Shown piece by piece: positions 1 through 8,398 of a stretch of 32,000 nucleotides of DNA. The position numbers and the translations under genes were made by a program. Position 1 is the stretch's first letter. Each line of letters starts with the position of its first letter. Under the pieces are notes generated by a model that saw only the letters and a program-made list of their open reading frames with translations, had not been told where the DNA came from and ran no database searches. This DNA is from Cupriavidus necator (GTDB taxonomy: Bacteria; Pseudomonadota; Gammaproteobacteria; Burkholderiales; Burkholderiaceae): contig NZ_CP066018.1 in NCBI RefSeq assembly GCF_016127575.1, positions 3,720,001 through 3,752,000 on the forward strand, in the 5' to 3' direction.

Positions 1-1
1 C

Positions 2-661
2 GACGAAGGCGGGCTGTGCATCGGCTACCTGGAATACGCGATGCACTCGGGCGTGCTGCCGAATGCCTTGCGCGAACTGCGCGACAGCCGGCCTGCGGTG
101 CATATCGCGCTGTACAACCAGCAGTCGGACGTTCAACTGGAGGGGCTGCGCCAGCGCAGCCTCGACATCGCACTCGTCTGCGAGCCGCCGCCACCTGACG
201 ATCCAGACCTCGAGGCTGCCCAGGTGCTCAATGATCCGATGCTGCTGGCGCTGCCCGAAGGGCACCCGCTTGCCAAAGCGGAGCAGCTCAGCCCGGATGA
301 CCTGGCTGCGCAAAAATGGATCGGCGTGATGCACCAAGAAACCGCGCTGCGGCACGACACGTTCATCGCGGCTTGCGCCAGAGCCGGCTTCACGCCGACG
401 ATCACCATGGAGGCGACCGAACCGCTAGCCGCCCTGGGACTCGTGGCCGCGGGACTCGGCGTGACCACGATCCAGCAAAGCCTGCGCCACCAGGCGCCAC
501 CGGGCGTGGTGCTGCACGAGCTGTCGTGGTTCAGCTATCGCACGCCCTTGTGGGCGGCCTGGCACAAGGTCAACCTGCGGCCGCTGGTGGAGATCTTCCG
601 CAAGACGTTGCTGCAGACGAGTGGCGTGGTGCCGGAGCTCGCAACGGCGCAGGCGGGCTGA
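2..661 (+). CDS. LysR-family transcriptional regulator, effector-binding domain (5' end outside window)
   Basis: The frame is open from the window edge (nt 2) to TGA at 659-661. The translation (LDIALVCEPP..DPMLLALPEGHPLA..FTPTITMEATEPLAALGLVAAGLGVTTIQQS..) has the layout of a LysR substrate-binding domain. The N-terminal HTH would lie upstream of the window. Confidence 0.85.
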   Translation, partial: DEGGLCIGYLEYAMHSGVLPNALRELRDSRPAVHIALYNQQSDVQLEGLRQRSLDIALVCEPPPPDDPDLEAAQVLNDPMLLALPEGHPLAKAEQLSPDDLAAQKWIGVMHQETALRHDTFIAACARAGFTPTITMEATEPLAALGLVAAGLGVTTIQQSLRHQAPPGVVLHELSWFSYRTPLWAAWHKVNLRPLVEIFRKTLLQTSGVVPELATAQAG

Positions 662-1124
662 CGCACCGTCGCTCCCTGAGGTGGCGTGAGCGGGTGCAGA
701 CGACCGCCGTTCAATGGCGCAGAAAGCTATTGTGTCGGCTTTCGGTCCTGTCGTTGCCATGAAGCCGCTGGCTGTTCCTTCCCTCGCCAACATTGCTGTT
801 GAGGACCGCTAATTCTATGACTGGCGGCCACTAACTCCGCGACCGTGGCGTGTCGGCAAGGTGTTGGTAGCGTTCGCGACGCCGGACCGCTCCTCGCCCG
901 ATCCGACTGATCACAGCATTGAGATTGCCGCTGTGGACGAAGGGATGGTCTCGAGGCGGCGGTCGTGAACCTCGCAGACCGTCGGCCGACGGACTCAGCC
1001 ATTCTCGTTTCCAGCGGGGCGAGAAGAGGTTCTGATAATCATATAGCCAGCCTCCCTCCGTTCGGGTCGAACGGCTGGCGTAGAGTCGAATTGCGAATAC
1101 CGACGTGACGCACAGGAGGCCGGC

Positions 1125-1259
1125 ATGAACAAGTTTAGTGGAATCGACCTGCACTCGAACAACAGTGTGGTTGTGGTCAGCGATGAAGCTGACCGGGTTA
1201 TCTACCAACGCCAACGGTCGCTCGAATCTCGTCGCCTGTCAAAGGCTCGCGTGGCCTGA
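1125..1259 (+). mobile_element. IS110-family (DEDD) transposase, N-terminal stub only
   Basis: ATG at 1125 follows AGGAGG (1114-1119). The first ~28 codons, MNKFSGIDLHSNNSVVVVSDEADRVIYQR, match the conserved IS110-family N-terminus (GIDLHSNN...). The frame then degenerates and stops at 1257-1259 after 44 codons. It is absent from the ORF track because it is shorter than 60 aa. Confidence 0.55.
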
Positions 1260-1298
1260 TCGCGTTCTTCTTTGATGGCTGATCGTGGGCGGATTGCG

Positions 1299-1925
1299 TT
1301 ATCTTCCGCCCTTCGCGGTCGTATATGCCGTAATCAAGTTCCGATAATCCGGAATATGATTCGAGAACAAGGTTCCCAGCCCTTCGATGTCGTTGCGCCA
1401 GTCGCGATGCAGTTCGCAAGCGACGCCGAACCAGGTCATCAGTTGTGCACCGGCTTCGGCCATGCGGTGCCATGCCGATTCGCGCGTCACTTCATTGAAT
1501 GTCCCTGACGCATCGGTCACGACGAACACATCGTATCCTTCTTCGATCGCAGATAGCGCGGGAAACGCCACGCAGACTTCGGTCACCACTCCGGCGATCA
1601 ACAACTGCTTCTTGCCCGTTGCCTTGACAGCCTTCACGAAGTCCTCATTGTCCCAGGCATTGATCTGGCCAGGGCGTGGAATGAACGGCGCGTCGGGGAA
1701 CATCGTCTTCAGTTCCGGCACCAGCGGGCCGTTAGGGCCGTCTTCGAAGCTGGTGGTCAGGATCGTCGGCAGCTTGAAGTATTTCGCCAGATCCGCCAGC
1801 GCGAGGACGTTGTTCTTGAACTTGTCCGGCTCAATGTCGCGCACCAGCGACAGCAGGCCGGCCTGATGATCCACCATCAATACCGCCGCCTGGCTTTTGT
1901 CCAGACGCTTGTAGGTCTTGCTCAT
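1299..1925 (-). CDS. ycaC: Isochorismatase-family hydrolase (YcaC-like)
   Basis: The product is 208 aa from MSKTYKRLDKSQAAVLMVDHQAGL... ATG at 1925 is preceded by GAGGAG. Isochorismatase/cysteine-hydrolase motifs are present (VDHQ, LLIAGVVTEVCV). The longer ORF start at 1976 lacks an SD. Confidence 0.9.
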   Translation of the reverse strand: MSKTYKRLDKSQAAVLMVDHQAGLLSLVRDIEPDKFKNNVLALADLAKYFKLPTILTTSFEDGPNGPLVPELKTMFPDAPFIPRPGQINAWDNEDFVKAVKATGKKQLLIAGVVTEVCVAFPALSAIEEGYDVFVVTDASGTFNEVTRESAWHRMAEAGAQLMTWFGVACELHRDWRNDIEGLGTLFSNHIPDYRNLITAYTTAKGGR

Positions 1926-2261
1926 CTTGGGCTCCTCGTAGATGCGCGTCCGGGTACAAGAATTTGCACGGCCCAAACACGCTTGGTCATACCTGCTGCA
2001 CTGCGGGTACGGCTGGCAATACTTGCAAATTTGTATGTCCCTAATAGCTCTCCGTCAACCTCTGGCGGGCGTTCTGCGCGGCTGGCCGGTCCCGGGCGTG
2101 CCATCGCCACGAAATGCGAGGGCTTCTGAAGCACGGCGCAAAGTGTCCGCTAGCACCACTGATTGCATATGCGTTGAGCGGTTTTGTAGCAATACGCATA
2201 GTTGCTGGCAGCTCCCCCCGGTAGCTCGTCGTCCCCACGAGAACCTTCATGGGGAAGATGC

Positions 2262-3061
2262 ATGCTCACTTCGAGCAACTCAAGGTGGGAATCTTGGAAA
2301 CTTACGCTCGACCGACCGTCCTTCCCTATATATATCGAAGTGCGGAGGTCCGCCATCGTATTCTGCGATGGCGCCATCACTAATGATTGCTCTACAACGT
2401 TTCCTGTCATGCGCTGCGCCGCGCAAGTGTTGCGGATCGCTATTTCCGCCAATGTCGAGACCTTGACGCTTTACCTCATTCCCTATCGCGGTAGGAATGT
2501 TCATTACTGCGCCGGCGGCGACCTGGGCCAGATGGCCCGGCGCGAAGGCTTTTCCGCAGGCACGCCCGAAGACGTGCAGTTGCGATATCGCGATACCGTA
2601 CAGCGGTGCCGCTGGCCTTGCAGCAAGCCGACATCCCCACCTACTGCGACATCCGTTTCGCCAGCCCGCATGCCACCTTCTGCGTGACGTTCGCCCAATT
2701 CGGGATCGTCTCCGGCGATGGCGGTTCATGGGGCCTGCCGAAATTGCTCGGCCTGTCCAAGGCGATGGAGATGACCTTCACCGCCGCGCCAATCGACGCC
2801 AGCGAGGCGCTACGGATCGGCCTGGTTTCCGCAGTTGCCGAGGGCGACAACCTGATGCGGGATGCAAATGCACTCGCCCACGCCATCGCCGACATCCTGC
2901 CAATGCGATCCGCATGGTCAAGCGCCTGCTGCGCGATGGCCGGGCATATCGATCTGCGCGTGCATATGGACATGGCGGCCGCATTCCAGGCCATTGCCCA
3001 CGCATCGCCGGAGCACCTGTCGGCAGTCGAAAGGGTGCTACGGCGGTTACGACGCGTTTGA
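2262..3061 (+). pseudogene. Enoyl-CoA hydratase/isomerase (crotonase) family gene, multiply frameshifted
   Basis: Crotonase motifs are split over three frames. KLTLDRPS...HYCAGGDL is in the frame of nt 2262. CDIRFAS..ATF..FAQFGIVSGDGGSWGLPKLLGLSKAMEMTFTAAPIDASEALRIGLVSAV is in the frame of nt 2606. PANAIRMVKRLLRDG is in the frame of nt 2497. The C-terminal part then returns to the 2606 frame. Confidence 0.65.
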
Positions 3062-4194
3062 GTCCGGGTCGTCGCCGTCCGGAAAATCGAGCGACTCGTC
3101 AGCCCTCTCAAGCCAAGCCGTGTCGAGCGACAGCCGATGTATTCCCGTTCTTGGCGTCCAATCGCCCGCGGCGAAGTTCCCCGAGTGGCTATTGCAGGCG
3201 GGCAGTGGCAACCGCTGGAAGTGGTCGGGCGTCAGCCTAATGATCCTGAGCGCGACAATTACTGAAAGGCCATGCACCTGCTGGGACTTGGCGCAAATAT
3301 CCTGGAGAAGAGGCCCATGACCGCTAAGCCAAGTTGTGAGGTGGATTCTCCGCGCGCACCTGTATGAACAGATGGCGCAGCAGATCAATGGCATGTTGCA
3401 CCAGTTGCACAACCAGATCGGCAATGCTCATGTCCATACTTATGGCTTGGGTGGTCGCAAAGATTACGACCCCTAGCACAGCAAGCACCGTCAAGCCGAA
3501 CTTCAGATCGTCATTCACAGTGGCCTTCTCCCGCCTCTTCACCGAATTCAGGTCCATAACCGACAGGGGCGCTACACAATGGCGCACCGTTGAACAATTG
3601 GACCCATCTCACTTCCTTGTGAGCGTGGCAGAGGTGGGATGCGCCGTTCCGTGCAGCATCCCTCGCATGTGCAACTGAGCTTGATGGGACAGGAATCAGA
3701 CCGTGCACCCCAAGACCGGTTCTTCCGGGGCCATGGCCTCGCCGCCAGAATCCAGAGCGACAGTGGCGCGGTCCGAAATGACGGAAACCAATTGCTACAG
3801 TAGTTCGAGACCCAAGTCGCCCAAGCCGATTTCAGGAACTGGGACGCCCTTTCTTTTCTGGAACAGGATGTGCTGCGCCACCAGTCTGAAACGGCAAGCG
3901 ACCCGCGATCGATCAGATCCAATGCCCTGCACGGCGCAGCACCGACGTGAGAGCCGGATCGAATCGCAACGACAGCGCGTGCATCTGATCGCCGATTTTC
4001 TTCGCCTGCACGACGCCGTACGCCGACAGCTCTATGTCCATCCAGCATGGTGAAGCGTAAGCGTCAGCGGAAACCATCTGGTGAGGCAGGAGCAGCGATG
4101 AGAAGGGTAGCGGCTTCACGGTATAAGGAGTGAAGCGATGGCCGAACATCGAGATGGCAGTAGCGGACACGACGGACGGCGAGTCCACCATCGT

Positions 4195-5215
4195 GACCGC
4201 TGCCGCGCAGCCCTCGCCGCTGCCCAAGAGCAACGCCAGCGCAGGGGTGCTGGCCAGCATCCAGGTCGACACCTTCGTGGTCCACCTGCCGATCAATCGG
4301 CAGGAGACGCGCTATGCGCGCCTGGGCGTGCACCTGCCAAGGGGCCACTCTGTGCGAATGGAAGCTGGCTTCTGCCGAGCTGCTGGCAAAGCTGCTGCCG
4401 CCTTTGCGCAACCACGTCCAGCAGGCGCCGCGCCTGCATCTGGACGACACCACGCTGCCACTACTCGAGCGCAGGCGCGCCACCACGCGGCAGGCCCATC
4501 TATGGGGCTACCTCGTGGCCGGGCTGCGGCAGGAGAACGGATTATGGGTCGACCACCAGCCAGCGGTGCTGTTCGAGTTCGCGGAATCCCGCGCCGGCGC
4601 CCATCCCCTGAACTTCCTGCGCGACTATCATGGCTACCTGCAGGCGGCTGCCTACAGCGGCCACGATGCGCTTTGCCGTACCGGCCGGATCATCGAGGGC
4701 GGATGCTGGGCGCATTGCCGCCGACGCTTCTTCGAGATCGCCAAGGCCCAGAAGACGCCAGGGCTGGCCGCGCGGGGGCATTGGCGTGGATCGCCAAGCT
4801 GTATGCCATCGAAGCCGGCATCAAGTACAGGTCACCGGAGCACAAGCTGGCGGTGCGCCAGGCCGAGGCCGTGCCGCTGCTGTCGCAGTTCCATCAGTGG
4901 CTGCAGGGTAACGCCCATGGCCTGCTGGCCAGGCATCGTTGCGCAATGGCACGCGCAAGGGCCAGGGCTGACGTACTCGGCTGAGAGCGGCTGAACGGTC
5001 GCTGCCGCCCTCGCCCCGGCCAGCGCCGATATCCGCAGGCGGCGCCTGCTCGGCGAGCCAGATGGCGGCGCGAGGTTTTGGATTTTCCGGGAAGGCGGCG
5101 GCACGTTTGTCGCGCGCCTGTGCAAAGGGCGGATTCAGGCAGTGAGCGAAACGCCCCGGGCAGCAATTATGGAATTACGGTCCTCCCTGCTTCGCTATCG
5201 CCCGGTTTGAAGTGG
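4195..5215 (+). mobile_element. IS66-family transposase (TnpC) relic, 5'-truncated and frameshifted
   Basis: Hallmark IS66 strings are spread over several frames. They include AGVLASIQVDTFVVHLPINRQETRYARLGV, LHLDDTTLPLLE, HLWGY, PAVLFEFAESRAGAHPLNFLRDYHGYLQAAAYSGHDAL, IIEGGCWAHCRRRFFE, ALAWIAKLYAIEAGI and a degenerate AERSL..RRRLLGEPDGGAR tail. There is no continuous ORF. The end coordinates are approximate. Confidence 0.75.
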
Positions 5216-5253
5216 TCTGAGCCCATGCGGCATGGCCGTGAGCAGCGACAACA

Positions 5254-5955
5254 TTAGGTGCAAGCGGTGACTACTTTACGTATGTGAGCGGGATGGGACA
5301 AAAGTGCGCCGAACGTCACCATGGCGTTAGGGCGATCCATCCCGACATATACGCCGACGACGCATCTTGTCGAAACGTCGAGGGCTATGCTTAGCCATGG
5401 CCGGCCAATTGGGCGTCGGCTCGCATCATCAACCAGGATCAGATCGGCCAGCGTGTGATCAATCTGCACAATATCCATCGGACAGCGCGCCACAAGATGA
5501 CCTGGTGGAATCTCAGAGCCCGGCTGCGTTGCGAGCCGAAGGGCGTCCTCTTTCCGATGGGCGGCCCATCGTCGCGAAATGGTAGATCTGCTTGGCGGAC
5601 TAACACTTGCCCCTGCGCATCGCTTCCGAATTTCGACGTCGAGCTCGAAGAGCGGATGAGCGAGATGAGGCTGTCGCGGCAGCCAATCGGTCAGGACCTC
5701 ATTCACGATTTCCTCGATGGTCGCTGGTAGACGCGGCTTTCCCACTTTTGGGCCTCGGTCATAAGGTATCAATGCGCTCGCCACAGGATCCGCGAGAAAG
5801 CGCCGGCGCAAGTGATAAACCGTGGCCCAATGGATTCCAAGCAATTTGCCAGCAGTCTCAGCTTGCTTAAGCGTGAGGGGAGCCGTCCCAAGCGGACGCA
5901 ACACCCTCGCAATCGCCAGCTCGCGCTTCGTTGCAATCCTCATCGCCATGCTCAA
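5254..5955 (-). mobile_element. tniA: TniA-like (Tn5053/Tn402, Mu/Tn7 TnsB-type) DDE transposase, N-terminal ~220 aa only
   Basis: IVQIDHTLADLILVDDASRRPIGRPWLSIALDVSTRCVVGVYVGMDRPNA matches the TniA core around the first catalytic Asp. Homology is lost near nt ~5290, and full-length TniA is >500 aa. The 3' break abuts the IS66 relic. Confidence 0.75.
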
Positions 5956-6236
5956 GGCCGTGGTCTTACATACGCGGACAGATTTCCTTTATCGTCGCTG
6001 CCGTCTGTAGCTTTGCGAGCGGCGTCTGCACGATTGGTTGCCAGACTGGCCTGATCGTTGTGTCTGGCTCCGCTTTTGGTGTGCTTGTTGGTATCCGTGC
6101 TTCTCGCCTGGTGGTCCTACCGACAGTACCAAGGGCTGGGTCTTCCTGAAAGCGAAAGTGCGTCACATCACTAGGGCAACCGATGGATCCGTCAGAAATT
6201 TTGTGTTTAGGCATAACATGTCACCAAGGAGCATGT

Positions 6237-6551
6237 ATGCCACTAAAAACCACGACCAGTCAGGCTGCCAACCGTGAACCGCCGCCCCATTCCCGAGGAC
6301 CTGATTGCCCATTTCGTAAATGGGTCCGATGCCTGCCGAGGCGGTTCAAGACGCCTCGATGGCATTCAAAAAGGCCCTGATTGAGCGCGCCCTGGGCGGA
6401 GTAGACTGTCCTGACCGAGGACGGTCCACTGCGGGTCGATATCCCACGCCACCGTGTCAAGATGCGTGAGGACGGCGTGGTACGTAACAAGGCCGTCAAC
6501 CTGGCCTTGGGCGTGCTGCCGGATGGCACGCGCGACATCCTGGGCCTGTGG
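6237..6551 (+). mobile_element. IS256-family (mutator-type) transposase relic with frameshifts and an internal deletion
   Basis: The pieces are PIPEDLIAHFVNGS (6286-6327), AVQDASMAFKKALIERALGG (from 6329) and LTEDGPLRVDIPRHR. The last is fused directly to VKMREDGVVRNKAVNLALGVLPDGTRDILGLW (to ~6551). In intact IS256-type enzymes the DIPRDR and RVKIRDxGVV blocks are >100 aa apart. Confidence 0.7.
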
Positions 6552-6968
6552 GATATTCATGCGGCCAGGCATCGCCGATGCGTACAGCGCGCCTTCGGGT
6601 TGCATCGGCATTGCCGCCGCCATGAGCAGCTGCTCGTAGGTAGCGTGCAGCTCCCATTCTGCCTTCGCCGCCGTCGAGCCATACTCGCGGACGTTCCATC
6701 CGTTGATCTCGTCGGCCCGCGCCTTCAATAGGCGCGCGGCTTCGCGGAGGATTTCAGCGCGTTTATCGAAGCTTGTGGACGCCCATCCTGGCTGCGCACG
6801 CTGCGCGGCATTAGCTGCCCGGTCGATATCATCCGCAAGGCCGATTCCGATCGTCGCCAGGATCTTCCCCGTCGACGGCTCGACGACGTCCGCAACGCTG
6901 CCAGTGCCAGGCACCCAACCGTTCGAGAAGATCCGCCCTTCCCATGCGCATGAATTGCTATTGGTCAT
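6552..6968 (-). pseudogene. Aldehyde dehydrogenase family gene, N-terminal ~135 codons only
   Basis: MTNSNSCAWEGRIFSNGWVPGTGSVADVVEPSTGKILATIG..AQPGWASTSFDKRAEILREAARLL..EINGWNVREYGSTAAKAEWE is a typical ALDH N-terminus. Homology ends after ..ALYASAMPGR near 6552-6565, where the reading frame runs into the antisense of the IS256 relic. Confidence 0.75.
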
Positions 6969-7008
6969 TAATGTCTCCGCAAATACTGTAGGAATATCGC
7001 CAGCGTCA

Positions 7009-7292
7009 TCAATTGGCAGAGCCGGCCAGAACCCGCACGACGCCTGACTCCCTCTTGCCGTGATCCGAGATTAGGAAGACCGCGATCGCGGCCACCACGC
7101 CGGGGATGGCAAACACCATGAAGTTGAACGTGTTAGGAAACTGCTGGCTCAGGAGGTAGCCACCCAGTGCGGGCCCTGACACTGCGCCGAGCCGCCCGGC
7201 TGCTGCGGCCCAACCGACTCAGGTCGACCGTACGTGCGCGGGATATAACTGGGCTGCGAAGGCATGTACGATTGGGGTTGCCCAGCCCCCGA
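7009..7292 (-). pseudogene. MFS transporter, C-terminal relic with an in-frame TGA
   Basis: The minus-strand frame reads ..EIGGWATPIVHAFAAQLYPAHVRST*VGWAAAAGRLGAVSGPALGGYLLSQQFPNTFNFMVFAIPGVVAAIAVFLISDHGKRESG..*. The stop at 7219-7221 sits where MFS proteins have the Gly of the RxxG(x)G motif. The natural stop is at 7009-7011. The 5' ~350 codons are absent, and the upstream boundary is approximate. Confidence 0.55.
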
Positions 7293-7341
7293 TTTCGGAA
7301 TATATTTTTCTCCACAAAGACCCCATCGGGGAGACTCCCCT

Positions 7342-7713
7342 ATGAGCGTATACGTCGCACGTGATCGAGCAAGCGCGCTTGAGCACATCAGTTCGCGCAT
7401 AGATAGTACTGTCGATCTAGACTATGAAACCGCGTGGGAAGACGCGTTCGAACTCGGACGACTTGGGCAACAGCGCGGCATCGTCGTACAGTTCCGAACC
7501 ATCGAACATGTCTGTGTGGAGTCTGCAGATGCGCTAGCCAGAGGGCTCCGCGGAGAAAAACTCACATTCCGACAGCGACACCTCTACTGCCGGTTCGACA
7601 TGACGGCATTATCCGAGGACTGTCTGTGCGAACTCGAGGCACTCGCTATCAAGCACGGCGACTACATCCTGCCTGGTCACTTGCTGCAAGAAGCCACGCT
7701 CATCTGGAACTAG
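7342..7713 (+). CDS. Hypothetical protein (123 aa), no recognisable family
   Basis: ATG at 7342 lies 8 nt after GGGGAG. The ORF sits in a locally AT-richer patch bounded by gene relics. I recognise no motif. Confidence 0.45.
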   Translation: MSVYVARDRASALEHISSRIDSTVDLDYETAWEDAFELGRLGQQRGIVVQFRTIEHVCVESADALARGLRGEKLTFRQRHLYCRFDMTALSEDCLCELEALAIKHGDYILPGHLLQEATLIWN

Positions 7714-7969
7714 CCAGTTCATGCTGTCCCAACAGCGATACGTTGGGCGGCATCTCGCATGTCGGGCCACCGGCTGACGCAGGCAAGGGACTTCGCGCTC
7801 GCATGCCATCGCAAAAGAACTCCGCTGAAGAGCAAAAATGTTGTCTTCCCGGCATGCCGGCCAGACTGCTTCCGGGAGATAGCAAATCTACTTAAGAAGA
7901 ATCCCTACGGGCGGAAGCATCCCGGCAAAAGTAGGATGACGGGACGAACTTTGCATGAAGGAATATGTC

Positions 7970-8398
7970 ATGCGTCCCCGCTATGCGACTGAGAAGGATT
8001 GGCCTGAGGTTGAGGCCCTCCTGCGTGCTTCCTCACTTTGCGTCGAGGGGGTACGCGAACATATCACCCATTTCATCATGGTCCGCGACAATGCCGGGCT
8101 CCTCGGATGTGCCGGCGTGGAGCGCTATGGGGAAACAGGACTTCTTCGAGGACTGGCTGTTGCGCAGCGCGCAAGGTCTGCAGGTCTCGGCGAGCTTCTG
8201 CTTTCCGCAATCGTGGCAGACGTCCGGCTGCAAGGGGTCGCATCAATAGTGTTGCAGACCAAGACCGCATCCGGCTATTTCGCGCGCCTCGGCTTCGCGC
8301 CAATCAACCTTTCTGACCTGCCGCCTGCCGTAATGCGCTCGCAGGAACTCAACCGTCCCCCAGCCGATGTCGGGACGCTGATGCAAATTGCCTTGTAG
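7970..8398 (+). CDS. GNAT-family N-acetyltransferase (ArsN2/ArgA C-terminal-like pattern)
   Basis: The product is 142 aa from MRPRYATEKDW. AAGGA lies 7 nt upstream of ATG 7970. The pattern GVERYGETGLLRGLAVAQRARSAGLGELLL..VLQTKTASGYFARLGFAPI is the acetyl-CoA-binding GNAT core. Confidence 0.85.
   Translation: MRPRYATEKDWPEVEALLRASSLCVEGVREHITHFIMVRDNAGLLGCAGVERYGETGLLRGLAVAQRARSAGLGELLLSAIVADVRLQGVASIVLQTKTASGYFARLGFAPINLSDLPPAVMRSQELNRPPADVGTLMQIAL

Noticed and set aside
831-1214. A 127-aa minus-strand ORF across the IS110 stub region
   Set aside because: It lies antisense to the SD-preceded IS110 N-terminal signature. I see no motifs, and it runs through sequence that I interpret as a non-coding IS leader.
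5997-6032. A repeated ..GCCGTCTG.. / ..GGCGTCTG.. motif upstream of tniA as possible TniA-binding end repeats
   Set aside because: Only ~6-8 nt are shared, which is easily chance in GC-rich DNA. I could not define a terminal inverted repeat.
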